Below, piece after piece: positions 1 to 12,434 of a stretch of DNA of 64,000 nucleotides. The translations under genes were made by a program, and so were the position numbers. Source of the stretch: Okamejei kenojei (taxonomy: Eukaryota); NCBI GenBank assembly GCA_035221665.1, contig CM069151.1:21700001-21764000 (forward strand), written 5' to 3'. Under the pieces are notes generated by a model. It made no database searches. It was not told the origin of the DNA and saw only the letters and a program-made list of their open reading frames with translations. The stretch's first letter is position 1. The number at the start of each line of letters is the position of its first letter.

Positions 1-670
1 TTCCCGCCCATTGGGTTCTCATTGTGACGTAGAAAACGCAGGTATTACTGCGCAGGCGCAGCTGACAGGTGTGAGGGAGGAGGGGTTGTGTGGGGGGTGT
101 GGGCAGGAAGCGTGTGGGGAGGAGGGGGTGTGGTGGAGGGGAGGGGATGTGTGTGTGTGTGGCAGGGGTTGTGTGGGTGGGGGTGTGTGTGGAGGGGGAG
201 GGGTGTGGTGAAGGGGGGTGGGGGGATGTGGAGTAGGAGGGGTGTGGGGGAGGGGAGGTGTGGGCAGGGGGTTTGTGGGGGCGGGGGGAGAGAGCTCAGA
301 GAAAATACTAGGGTTGTGGGGAATATTGCATTGCTCATTGCTCATTTAAATTGCTCATTTAAATGAGCTCCAGTAAAGACGTGATGGCGCAGGAAGGGGC
401 GGACCGTCCCGCGGAGTGACAGAGAAAAGACCATTCCACGAGGCGCTGAACGGCAGGAGAGGAGATCGATCTGCACACGCGCGGTTTTTTAGATTTTTAA
501 ACCTCGCTGAAGTTTACAGTAGACCACCGATCGGAACGATCGCAACGCACGAGAACGGTGAATAAGTTGGCGAAAAATCATAGCGCTATCGCGTAACATT
601 TTTGCGCAAATAGAATGACTGCGCAACCGGAAGATAATAAGATCAGAGCTTTAGTTATGTTTAGATAGAT
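1..670 (-). mobile_element. Probable non-autonomous Helitron-like element, 5' part (continues beyond window start)
   Basis: CpG-rich block in a CpG-poor background. On the minus strand it begins A|TCTATCTAAACATAACTAAAGCTCTG, resembling a Helitron 5'-TC terminus. Family assignment is inference only. Confidence 0.35.
66..290. repeat. G-rich low-complexity tract (GGGG/GTGTG units), G-quadruplex-prone
   Basis: Many G4-G6 runs separated by tgtgt/ga spacers; source of the spurious Pro/His/Gly ORFs at 11-366. Confidence 0.85.
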
Positions 671-784
671 TATTTAAAAAAAATCTGGTTAGCCATTGTC
701 CTTCAGGGGAGGGAATCTGTGTATCCAGACCTATCAATGTGGTTGATTCTTAAATTCCCTCTGAAATAGCCTTGCAAGAAATCA

Positions 785-1150
785 ATTCATAAAGTCATAA
801 GGTGATAAGGAATAGGTGTAGATAAACTGTTCGGCCCATCAATTCTACTCTGCCATTCATTCATGGTGATCTATCTCTCCCTCCTAACCCCATTCTTCTG
901 CCTTCTCCCCATAACCTCTGACACCTGTACTATTCAATAATCTATCTATGCCAAGACTTGGCCTACCCAGCATTCTGTGGCAATGAACTCCACAGATTCA
1001 CCACCTTCTGACCAAAATTAATTTCTCCTCACCTGCTTCCCAAAAGGACATCCTTTAATTCTGACGCTATGACATCAGGTCCTAGACTCACCCACTAGTG
1101 GAAACATCTTCTCCACATCCACTCTATCCAAGCCTTTCACTAATTCAACG
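785..1150 (-). mobile_element. CR1 LINE 3' fragment
   Basis: Same 3' sequence (gccattca...ctatctctccctcctaaccccattct...cacagattcaccacc) as the other CR1 3' ends in the window, e.g. 27815-28175. Confidence 0.8.
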
Positions 1151-1717
1151 ACTATTAGTGATAGACCAAGAATGCTTACCAAGAAAGCTACAACCAGATC
1201 CCCCCCAAAATGGCTGTGTGTGAGTTGTTCTCTGCATATCAAAATCTTTACCAAAGGTTTGCAGCCTGATGGTGCCTTGAATAAAGCTATGTCAACGTCA
1301 ATATGCCCAGTTTACATAAACCAAACTCTACCTACATTTATACTGCATCCTTCACAGCCTCAGGCACGGCCATGCTATTTTGCAGCTATGTAGTTATATT
1401 TCATTGCTACTGGTAGTTGAAGTATTACCAATGAGGCAACCTGAAGAAGGAAAATCAAACTAAAACTATTGATAAAATATCAATATGCCTAATCTTCCAC
1501 CAAGGTCCATCCTGATCTAACTGCAGGCAACTCTATACCTGATCTATTCGCTCGCGTGAATATTAATGTGGCCTTCGACTCAGGAAAACACTGGTGCCTT
1601 CACACCTGCACAGTGATGGTGGACTCTTCATGGAGCCTCCCAGAGTAACGTCCACATTATTCCCAGCTCTCGACTGCAGCTCAAGTGCCGGTGGCAGGTG
1701 AACCTGCTCCAAGTACA

Positions 1718-1924
1718 CAAAATATGTAGGAAGGAACAGCAGAGGCTGGTTTAAACCGAGGATAGACACAAAAAACTGGAGTAACTCAGCGGGTCAGGCA
1801 GCATCTCTGGAGAAAATGAATAGGTGGCGTTTCAGATCAAAGTCTGAAGTCTCGACCCAAAACATCACCTATTCCTTTTCTCCTGACCCGCTGAGTCACT
1901 CCAGTTTTTTGTGTCAAAAATCTT
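1718..1924. mobile_element. Fold-back PLE-derived short element
   Basis: Inverted arms (gacacaaaaaactggagtaactcagcgggtcagg / cctgacccgctgagtcactccagttttttgtgtc); flanking near-duplication ctgctccaagtaca 1704-1717 / ctgcttcaagtaca 1925-1938. Confidence 0.8.
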
Positions 1925-2654
1925 CTGCTTCAAGTACAGCCACCCATTCAACTGTAAGGAAATCAACGGGGTAGAGTTTGTTTTAAAATATTTATATTAT
2001 TTTTTACATGTGCATGCACATATGTATGTGTGCGTGTTGTGTGTGTACGCAAACATATGTTTGGGGCATATGGGCTTTTTCCCCGTACAACAAATTAATC
2101 ATTTTTATTATTTAATATTATTTTTGATTATGAAGATGCCTGGAGCAATCTTCAATATTTATGAATTGTTAAACCTCATCACAAAGCATTGGGGGAGAAG
2201 TCTGCCTGGGTGATAAAACTGTTCATGTGAGATGTCCCGTGCCGTGTAATCCTGATTACGGCATCACTAATGTGCTGGGAGGGGAGTCCCACCAGAGGCT
2301 GCACCTCAAACCACACAAGAAGCAGCATGGTTAATGATCAGACAACCCACTATCTCGGCTTATGGGAAGAAGGGCCCTATGAAAGCCTTGAGAAGCAACA
2401 GCCAGTGAAGTGTATAGAAACGCTTCAAGGACGAGAAGAATATGATGAGTGAGAACAGACAACATTGAAACAAAGAGCTCTTGACAGGGTCGATATTAAC
2501 AGGATGTTTTCCAGTGGGGGAATTCAAGAACTGGGAATCTCTGTTAAATAAGGGTTGCTCGTTTCAGACAAGTATGAGCTAAAAACGTTACTCGCAGTGA
2601 ATCATGAGTTTTTGGGACTCTGCCTCAAATAGCAATGAAAGTTCATCCTGAGCA

Positions 2655-3012
2655 ATACAGCTCACCCCCTCCATGACACACTGGTCTATCTGAGGAGTAC
2701 CTTCAGCAACTGACTGGTTCCACCAAGATGCAGGACAGAACGCCACAGGAGATCCTTCTTCCCTGTAGCTATCTAACTTTACAACTCCAGCCCCCTCTGT
2801 CGTGAGGGAGACTGACTCGCCTCCCCCCCTCCCCCCCCCCCTCCCCCCTCCCCCTCCCCCATCTTTGCACATGCCCCCAAGCCTTTCCCCTCGTCACTTT
2901 AATTTCATGTTTCATGTATTTAGATTATTGTGTATTTGGTGTTTTTTATGACTGTTTGGCAGATCAATTTCCCTCCTGGGATAAATAAAGTTCTATCGTA
3001 CCTTATCGTAAG
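2655..3012 (+). mobile_element. Rex1/Babar-type LINE 3' end, inserted in a degraded CR1 (CR1 pieces ~2470-2650 and ~3015-3140)
   Basis: Translates as HPLHDTL...STFSN..VPPRCRTERHRRSFFPVAI, a Rex1/Babar-like C-terminus, followed by AATAAA and a (TATCG)-like tail. Confidence 0.65.
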
Positions 3013-3458
3013 TAAAGTCTGAATATATTTGGACAGAAGCAGGGGGAAAATGTTATGGGGGAGATGGGAATGCAGAATTGAGTTTACAATCAGATCAGCC
3101 ATCATTTTCTTAAAGGTTGGACAGATCAATGAGTCTCTACTGATTTGTATGTTTGGGGAGCAGGTTAATTTATGAAAAAGGATGATAGGGAAATGGAGCA
3201 CAATTTTAATGAGATACAATTGCTGCTGTACAATCCTGCCCCTAAGAACTGTTATATTTTCATCAACATTTATTGTGCAATAACTCTCAATAGTTTCTTA
3301 ACTGTTAAAAAACAGTGGCCATGAATATACGTGGTGTCTTTCCTGATCTTGGGTCAACTCAAGAACATGGGAGTCTGTGAAACACATTTGAAGCATTATC
3401 ATCATTCTTAAGTATGTACAAACAGAAATGTGATCTAGACCAGATAGTGCAATGATGT

Positions 3459-3685
3459 GTAGGAAGGAACTGCAGTTGCTGGTTTATACTGAAGAAATAA
3501 ATACTGGAGTAACTTAGACACTAAATACTGGAGTAACTCAGCAGGTCAGGCAGCAACTCTGGAGAAAAGGAATAGGTGGATGTTTGGGTTGAGGCCCTTC
3601 TTCAGACTGGGTCGACTCGAAACGTCACCTATTCCTTTCCTCCAGTGATGTTGCCTGACCCACTGAGTTGCTCCAGCATTTTGTA
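3459..3685. mobile_element. Fold-back PLE-derived short element
   Basis: Inverted arms joined at cttcttcagac|tgggtcgactcgaaacgtc; perfect 10-bp TSD gcaatgatgt at 3449-3458 and 3686-3695. Confidence 0.85.
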
Positions 3686-4507
3686 GCAATGATGTCAGAT
3701 GAGGGACAAATATTGACTAGGGGAGTACATCAGGAGACTTTGTGAGATGCAGGAAAAAGGTCATAGGGATAGCAGAATTAGGCCATTTGGCCCATTGTCT
3801 TCTTCGCCATTCAATCTTGGCTGGTCTATCACTCCCTCCTCACCCTATTCTCCTGCTTTCTCCCCATAACCCCGGACAGCCGTACTTCTCAAGCTGTCAC
3901 ATGAGATGGAGGATTAGATTGGTGGATTTGTCATCTTCTTTGAGAAGTACCAGTAAAAGACACACTCTCCCAAGGAGGGTCAGAGGCATGCAAGCTGTCC
4001 ATGGAGCTAGCATCTGCTGCCTCTGGATGTGTGCCACTTTATGCTGCAATACAGACATAAGTGAGTGCCATGCTATCTATTTGGTTTTTACAGTTGGAAA
4101 AAATGACAGCGTGTACAACAATGCTAAGTGAGTGCTGGTGCAACAGAGACATTTTTGTTAAAAAAAATTGAGTATTTGATGCGGCATCACTGATGTTGCA
4201 GCATAAATAGGAGAAGGAAGAGAGGGCCTGACTACTTGAAAGGCAGGGGAAGGAGGGGTGAATGTGGCTGCTCGGGACACCTGCCTGGCCCGAGCTCAGG
4301 AAGCATGTCCTTGGTAGCTGAAGAGAAAGAAGGAACCCAGTCGAAAAATCTGCCAAGAAGTTGTTACTGAAATCTGTCACATACTCCAGACACTCGTTGC
4401 AGACAGTACTCCAACTAAAATGTAAGGTTATATCTACACGACTCCATCTATGCCATTGAACATCTAAGTTGTCCTAAATTATATTGCCTCCATATCACTC
4501 CTGTGAG

Positions 4508-4736
4508 CAGGGCCGTCTTAACAGCATTATAGGCCCCCGGGCAAAGCAGTGCACTGGGGCCCCTACACTTCCAGTTTCTTTATGCCAAATCAAATTTGCC
4601 GTCATGCACTTGCGATGTTCTTCTCCGTTTTCATGTTCTACAATAACATTCTACAATACATAGAGTAGCATGGGGCCCCTATGCTCGTGGGGCCCCCGGC
4701 AACTGCCCAGCGTGCCCCTGCGTTAAGACGTCCTTG
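4508..4736. mobile_element. hAT-superfamily MITE (229 bp)
   Basis: TIRs CAGGGCCGTCTTAAC / GTTAAGACGTCCTTG; 8-bp TSD cctgtgag at 4500-4507 and 4737-4744; repeated subterminal GGGGCCCC motifs. Confidence 0.88.
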
Positions 4737-5169
4737 CCTGTGAGATCTAGTAGACTTCGTCTCCTAGTTTGCAGCCACTGCTGCTTCCAGGGAGTTATGA
4801 AAGCTCTCGACTTAACACGAAGCAACATGGACATTTGGTTTTGCTGAAACAGTGGGAAACATTGACTCTACACGTATGCCATTACAGGTTTCACGGAGAA
4901 ATCTGACCCATGAAGCTTTCTAATCCTGAGCGTTTAAACAATGACCAGCACAGAAATTGGAACTCCTACATTCTCATGCCATCTCTCTGCAAGTCAAAGT
5001 TCAGACCAAGAGGTAACCTTTTGGGGATGAATGTTATCCCCTGAATCCCAGAATCCAGGGCTCCAGCAATTATAGAGGGGTACGCCAGCAATTAAGTAGG
5101 GTCCCAAAGTACAGATCATTTCCCTTCCATTAGAGTCGAGAGAAAGTCTTTCTATCTCTCGTCACATGC

Positions 5170-5930
5170 TATCGAACACAATCATAGAGTTATAGTGTAA
5201 CCCCAACTCAACAAAGATGCCCCAGCTTGTCCCATCTGCCTATGTTTGGATCAAATCCCTCGAAACCTTTCCTATCTATGATCCTGTAAATGTCATTTTA
5301 ATGTTGCTATTTTACCTGCACCTCAGCTACTTCCACTGGCAACTCGTTCCATTTACCCACCAGCCTCTGCGTGAAAAAATTGCCCCCATGTTTGCATTAA
5401 TCTTTCCCCTCTCACCTTAAACTTATGCCCTCTCGTTCCTCTTTCCCCTATCCTGGAAAAATACTCTGCACATTCACTCTGCTTATTACCCTCATGATGT
5501 TTTACATCAATAATATCAATCCTCAGCCTCCTGTGCTCCAGGGAAAAAGTCCTAGCTTGTCCAGCCTTTCCCTATAGCTCAGTCCTGGCTTCATCCTCAT
5601 AAATGTTCTCTGCACCCTTTCCTGCTTAATGACATGTTTCATATAGCAAGGTGTCCAAAGCTGAACACAATACTCCAAGTGCAATCTCATAAATAGCTTG
5701 TACATTAGTAACATAACACCCAACTTCTATATTCAATGCCCTGATGGATCAAAGCTAGCGTTCCAAAAGCCTTCTTCACCACTCTATCCACCTGCAATGC
5801 CACTTTCAGGGAACTGTGCACCTGTGACGTCTAGATTCCTCAATTCCTTTGCTCTACAACACTCCCCAGGGCCCTGCCATTCAATGTGAAGGTACTGCCC
5901 TGTTTCGACTTCCCAAAATGCAACACCTCG
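5170..5930 (-). mobile_element. CR1 LINE 3' fragment (ORF2 C-terminus)
   Basis: ORF 5523-5723 LMYKLFMRLHLEYCVQLWTP...ERVQRTFMRMKPGLSYRERLDKLGLF is the CR1 ORF2 C-terminal signature. Confidence 0.88.
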
Positions 5931-6519
5931 CACTAATGAGACGGCTATGTAAACACACCTCTTCCCTGTAATGTCAGGGTAGGTGGAGGATAATAAATGC
6001 AGGAGACAACAATGAGAGACGGCTTCTTTGGATCAACCTGGTTAAATCTTCCTCACACAAAGGGGCAATTCACCATAAGTGATGAGCCTGATCAACATTT
6101 CAAACCATATTAATACGTCAAATGATTATTATTCTGTATATCCTTTATGTATGTCCTTCACATGCCTTTCTTTGTCCCACTACTTTTACACCATTAGTTA
6201 CAGCTCAGCTGGTGAAAGGCAGGGAGGTGGCTACAGATATCATGTACAATAGCTTCAAACAGCTTCTGGCCTAGGTGACCATTTCACCATATGCAGCAAC
6301 AGTCTGGGCCAGCTCACACACTGGTCGACTGGCAAGGTTGATAATGGATTATGTGATTATGAGAAAGAGCAGCTAATTCATGCTCCACACAGCTACTGCC
6401 AACACCCTGAGTGGTGCCTTGGTAATCCTAATAATCTGTTAGAGGACGGATGGCTGGAGTGCCATGTCACAAACAAAACCCCTTTGAACCCATGTCTAGA
6501 GTTATGGAGTTTTGTTTGA

Positions 6520-6651
6520 CTTAAAGGAAAGAAGGGAAAGATGCAGAAAAAAGAATTGGAAAAAGAGAATGAGGAGAAAAGAGACAACAGAAAAAGGGAC
6601 AAAGGAAACAGTGAAGTGCAGAGAATAGAGAATGATAAAGAGAGGGAGAGG

Positions 6652-6686
<35 letters not shown>

Positions 6687-6700
6687 CGAAAGAGAGAAAA
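6520..6700. repeat. Purine-rich / (GA)n microsatellite
   Basis: agagggagagggagagagagaaagagagagagagagagag and AG-rich flanks. Confidence 0.9.
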
Positions 6701-7529
6701 AGTAGGGGGATTTCCCCAACATGTAATATTCAATGTCACAGGTAATCTGTTACTCACGTTCTAAAAATCTGAACTTTCTGCTTATAAACTAACCTAGCAA
6801 AGTTCAAAATTTACAAATAGTGAAAAAAAAATCCACACATTACAGTGAATTACGATATAATAATTTAAAATAATGCCCTTTTCTTCCATGAGGCATCATG
6901 CAGAATCAAATCTCCCAGGAGATACCATGTCATGGAAATGAAAGAGACTAAATGGATCACTGGTTGTTTGTTCTCTCTCGAAATGACAGCTTCCCCAATC
7001 CCACCACTGCCAGTCCATCAGTTGTCTGAAGCAGCAAGGCAGCCAGCCCAAGCTGCTGTCACTTGTGACAAAACAACAGTCTAAAGCTGGACCACTTTGA
7101 CCCGGAGTTGTTCAAAGCCACCCCTGTTCCATCTGCAACCTACTCCACAAGCTGCCTTCTACCGATTTGGCTTCAGCTGCTGAAGGACCAAAGCAGAAGA
7201 TAAGTGGGATATGCAGGGGTGACAGATGGCAGGTGCTGAGGATATACACAGATGTGATTCATCAATGTTTGTGCACTTTTTTCCTTGATGGAATGTACAA
7301 GTATGATTTTGAATGGTGGTTGGATTGATCAAGAATTAAAATCAAGTTGACAAAAAGACGATGCCACTGCCTTATCCCCAGGGTAGGGAGTCAAAATTTA
7401 AAGGCATAGATTTAAGGTGAGAGGGGAGAGATTTAAAAGGAAGCCAAGGGCCAACTTTCTCACACAGAAGGTGTCTACATGGAATGAGCTGTCAGAGGAA
7501 ATGACAGAGACAGGTACAATTCCTTATAT

Positions 7530-8955
7530 TGTCTATTATCCACTATTGTCTCTGTACCCAAAACGGCAAGGATTGCTTGTCTTAATGACTACAGGCCTGT
7601 CGTACTGACCTCTGTAGTCATGAAGACATTCGAAAGGCTTGTGCTGGCCAAGCTGAAAAATGTCACAAACTCCCTGCTGGACCCTCTGCAGTTTGCATAT
7701 CGGGCCAATAGATCTGTGGATGATGCAGTCAACCTGGGCCTGCACTTCATCCTACAGCACCTAGACCGCCAGGGGACCTATGCAAGGATCCTGTTTGTTG
7801 ATTTTAGCTCAGCATTCAACACCATTGTGCCAGAGCTACTACACTCCAAACTTTCCAAGTTGACTGTGCCTGAACCCCTCTGTCAGTGGATCACCAACTT
7901 CCTGACAGACAGGAAGCAGCATGTGAGGCTGGGAAAGCACATCTCGGACCTGCAAATGCTCAGCATAGGAGCACCGCAAGGCTGCGTACTCTCTCCTCTC
8001 CTCTACTCTCTCTACACCAACGACTGCACCTCCACAGGCACCTCTCAAGCTTGTCACGTTTGCAGACGACACAACCTTGATTGGACTGATCCAGGATGGG
8101 GAGGAATCTGCCTACAGACAGGAAGTGTCACAGCTGGCGTCCTGGTGCCGTAGCAACAACCTAGAGCTCAATGCTCTTAAGACAGTGGAATTGATTGTAG
8201 ACTTTAGGAGAGCTCCCCCTCCCCTCACCCCACTCACCATCAACAACACCACAGTCACATCTGTGGAGTCTTTTAAGTTCCTGGGAACCATCAGCTCCAA
8301 GAACCTTAAGTGGGGGGCGACCATCGACTCCACAGTCAAAAAGGCACAACAGAGGATGTACTTCCTGCGGCAGCTGATGAAGGTCAATCTGCCACAGGTA
8401 ATGATGGTCCAATTCTACAAAGCCATTGTAGAATCTGTTCTCACCTTCTCCATCATGGTCTGGTTTGGATCAGCCACCAAGCACGACACCTGGAGGCTGC
8501 AGCGAATCGTCCGATCAGCAGTGAAGGTTATTGGCTGCAACCTTCCCTCCATTGATGAACTGTACACTGCAAGGGCCAGGAAGCGAGTGGGCAAGATCTT
8601 CTCTGTCCCTGGCCACACACTCTTTGAATCACTTCCCTCTGGAAGGCGACTCCGGACTGTCAAACTGCCACAGCCAGACATAAAAACAGTTTATATCCAC
8701 GAGTAGTTGCTCTACTCAACAGCCAAAAATCTGTAGCCTCCCTTTGATCTGGTATTTTGTTGGTTCACATGCTTGATCAATGGTGTTTTATCATTAATGT
8801 TTTATTATTATTAATGTTTAGTGTTTCTGAGTCATTCGTATCTGTCACTGTATTTCATGTTGTTACTTGTGGGCGGAGCACCAGGGCAAATTCCTTGTAT
8901 GTGACTACTTGGCCAATAAAGTTACGTACTTACGCACTTACTGGCTGACTGACTG
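7530..8955 (+). mobile_element. 5'-truncated Rex1/Babar non-LTR retrotransposon (RT pseudogene)
   Basis: ORFs 7620-8153 and 8077-8706: LDPLQFAYR, ILFVDFSSAFNTI, GAPQGCVLSPLLYSLYTNDC, FADD (across a frameshift near 8040), LELNALKTVELIVDFR, VESFKFLGT; 3' AATAAA and short-repeat tail. Confidence 0.92.
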
Positions 8956-9274
8956 AAGAAACTGAATATCAAACAAGCAATTGACATGGAAACCTGAGAA
9001 CCACAGAAGCTGGAAATCTGAAATGAAAACAGAAAATTCTGGAAAAATTCAGATGTTCAGGCAGCATCTGTGGAGAGAAAAGTGGTAAACATTTCAGTGC
9101 CAGGATCTACCATCAAATTGCTGAAACCTAAAGGGGGTCATAATTTAGGTGAAAGCACTTTGTTAGCTAAGAGCTTCTCTTTGAGCGGAGCTCCTCTGTC
9201 CTGTCGTATATTCAGTAGTTGATTGCAAACTGAGAGAACGGATAAGGTTTAACGGATGTCCCATGGGATTTGTT

Positions 9275-9545
9275 TAATTCAGAGATTCAGCATGGAAGCA
9301 GCCCCTTTGCCACATCGAATTCATGCAGACCATCGACCACCCGTTCACACTAATACTGTGTCATCCCACTTTTGCATCCACTCCGTAAACACTCGGGCAA
9401 TTTAGAGGCCAATTAGCCTACAAACCCGCACGTCTTTGGGATGTGGGAGGAAACCAGAGCAACCGGTGGGAACCCACATGGAGATCGTGCAAAGTCCGCA
9501 CAGACATCACCCAGGGTCTGTGGCGTTGCGAGAAAGCAGCTCCAC
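9275..9545 (-). mobile_element. tRNA-derived SINE (HE1/V-SINE-like)
   Basis: ggcaatttagaggccaattagcctacaaacccgcacgtctttgggatgtgggaggaaaccagagc is shared with the copies at 11640, 14830, 42510, 56560 and 62362. Confidence 0.75.
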
Positions 9546-9572
9546 CAGCTAATAACCAAAAACCAATAACAA

Positions 9573-9795
9573 AGTGTACGAAGGAACTGCAGATGCTGGT
9601 TATAACCGAATATAGACACAAAATGCTGGAGTAACTCAGCGGGTCAGACAGCATCTCTGGAGAAAAGGAACAGGTGACATTTAGGATTGTGATCCTTCTT
9701 CGGACAGGGTCTCGACCTGAAACATCACCTGTTCCTTTTCTCCAGAGATGCTGTCTGACCCGCTGAGTTACTCCAGCTTTTTGTGTCTGTCTTCG
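9573..9795. mobile_element. Fold-back PLE-derived short element
   Basis: Near-perfect ~90-bp inverted arms; TSD ccaataacaa at 9563-9572 and 9796-9805. Confidence 0.88.
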
Positions 9796-10285
9796 CCAAT
9801 AACAATGTGACCTTTGCTGCAACAGGGTGAATGGGCAGAGCCCAGCACTGTGGCTGGAATTCTGACTCCAATAGGCGACAGATCTCATTGACCACCTCCT
9901 TGATGAGTCGTAACTCTCAAGCACATTATTCTCAATCGGGTGGACGTTGGACAGTTACTCATGAAAGATTCTTCAAAGATAAGTTCTCTCCCCTAGTCAG
10001 GTTTCCTTCCATTCAGGCCACATTTTCCTGATTCCAGCATGCTGATGCCCCAACTCATCAAAAACCAAAGTCTCCATTTCATGGCTTGATGATATCAATT
10101 GGAAACAAATATCATAATTTCCTTGTTAACATAAATATAACACATTTACCTATGAGCTATCAGATCCCCCAGTCAATGCTCAAGAAACCAGCAAGTAATT
10201 GAGTACAACCTCAAAAAGTACAGGTTAGGTTTTCCATTTGCTTGGACTAGTTTACCTTCACATGATACACATTGTGCATTAGCTT

Positions 10286-10669
10286 CAAAATGCTGGAGTA
10301 CCTCAGCAGGTCAGGCAACATCTCTGGAGAAAAGGGATGGATGACGTTTCAGGTCAGGACTCTTCTTCAGACTGAAAGTAGGGGGTGTGGGGGTGAAGAG
10401 CTGGAGGCAAGAAAAGACCAGGACCAATCAGGGCCGGCCACAAATGACCCCAGGCAGGTTTGTGCCTCGTAGGGCCATTGTTGGCTGGGAAAGGTGTGAC
10501 CTCAAGAGGAATAAAATGTGGAGAACTGTGGAACTGGTAAAATTACTACCCGACCCAAAATGTCACCCTTCCTTTTTCACCAGTGATGCAGCTTGACCTG
10601 CGGAGATATTTCAGCATTTTGTGTCTATCTTTGGTATAAACCAGCATCTGCAGTTCCTGTTTCTACGAC
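10286..10669. mobile_element. Fold-back PLE-derived element with internal PLE 3' sequence
   Basis: Inverted arms; hammerhead-like core on the minus strand at ~10343-10372; 12-bp TSD gtgcattagctt at 10274-10285 and 10670-10681. Confidence 0.85.
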
Positions 10670-11639
10670 GTGCATTAGCTTGACAGAAATGGTCAAAATT
10701 TGGCAAAGGCAAATGTAAAATAAGCATTGCAGGAAGGACTAACTTCACCAAGTCCTCGCTCTGCAGTGTGTTCCACAATGCACATAACCACACCTTTCAG
10801 GAATCTGCACGCAACTTTGCCTCATGGAACACCACAGACAGGAAATTCTGGATAGATTAGTTCCTTTATTGATGAAAAGAATGGCGTTAGAACAGCCAAG
10901 TTCAAGGGCAGAATGTTTTTACTTTCTGGACTTCCCATTTCTGATTTAATCTAACCTGCTTCAGATCAGCCTGAAGAATCCTCTCACAGTGTGTTGTTTA
11001 TTTTATTTTCAAGGTTGAGGGAATCAGTTCCCATTCTCCGGCCTTTGATTTTGGTGTGAATTGCCATCATTGTGTGGAGGAAACGTTTTATTAGCAGCCA
11101 CTAATGCAAGTTTCCCTGCATTAAAAAATCTTGGGAAAAGAACATCCCTAAATAAGTGAACGTTCTTTTTCGCTACTGCATAATGGAAGTTGATTTTACT
11201 GAGAGTGAAATGCAACATCAATCATTTCTGGGGCATTTCACGTGACTGGAAATCTGAGCATGCACTTGTAGACACAATGGACCTTTCCTTTTGCCGGGAG
11301 CGAGATCCATGTCAGCTGAAGGCAAGATAATGTTGTAATTCACACACATTCATTTCGAATCATTAGAGGGGAAATTAGATCAAGTTGTCCCAGGACTGTG
11401 GACAATCAGAGCTTCACAACAGAGTGTTGCACTGGGACCCTGTCGGACCTTTATTTATTTCCATCACTTTGGATCTATCCCCACTTCCCAATCTTAATCC
11501 TGGCCGGTGGACCTCAAGACCCAGCCTCATGACAGAGTCCCTGATCTGCCTATCCATCACCCTGCGCCCCCACCCCTCCAACCCTGATGTTGCTTGTGGA
11601 ACCTCAGCCTGCACCATCCATGTGCCTCTTTGTTTGGAG

Positions 11640-11910
11640 CTGCTGCATGGAAGCAGGCCCTTCAGCCCACCAACAGGTGCTTCAGCCCATGCCGAACAAC
11701 AATCACCCATATACTAGTTCTACCCTCCACACTTTTACAGAAGCCAATTGACTTGCAAAACTGTTGTGTCATTAGGATGTGGGAAGAAACCGAAGCACCT
11801 GGAGAAAACCCACATGGTTACACAGAGAACGAACAAACTCCATGCTAGTTGGGATTGAACCCAAGTCTCTGGTGATGTAAGGGGCACCTCTACCGCTGCA
11901 CCACTGCCCT
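11640..11910 (-). mobile_element. tRNA-derived SINE (HE1/V-SINE-like)
   Basis: B-box-like gggattgaacccaag read on the minus strand, plus the shared central domain. Confidence 0.72.
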
Positions 11911-12434
11911 ACCCTTGTTTGGCCATAGAATGCCAAGCCTGAGGATTCGGCGTGTAGGTGTCAGCCTCAATCCCCAACTCGTCGGACCTGGCCTCAGTCC
12001 CAGCTGGCAAACCTTCAACATGAAAATATGCAACTCCCACTCAGTAGTGCCTAAAGATATTTGCCTTTTGCTTTGTTAAGTTTTAATTTAATTGGATCTC
12101 TTTCCTGCATTTTTGGTGCTGGCTGTTTAGCTCTGTGGTCATCATTTTTCATGCCTAGTCTGTGAATGCTAGTTTTAAAACCCAGGTATGTGGGTAAAAT
12201 TATTTTTCCATCATAGCTTTATTTAAGTTCCTGTGGCATGCTGGCTCTCCGTACATTTACCGTGTTGTATAATATAAGCGGGATGCACCAGTTCCATTGC
12301 CTTGTGTCCATGGATTTCCCATCAAATCCTTTTTTGAAGAACGTGCGTATCATAGCATTCGGTCATGGAAAGGATAGGGCACCAAAGCATGACCGTTCAG
12401 CCTATCAAGTCCATGCTGGCTCTATGCAAGCCGG

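Noticed and set aside
11-366. Pro/His-rich and Gly/Val-rich ORFs
   Set aside because: Translations of a G-rich low-complexity tract.
7620-8706. Active reverse transcriptase gene
   Set aside because: 5'-truncated with no endonuclease, and frameshifted just before the FADD motif.
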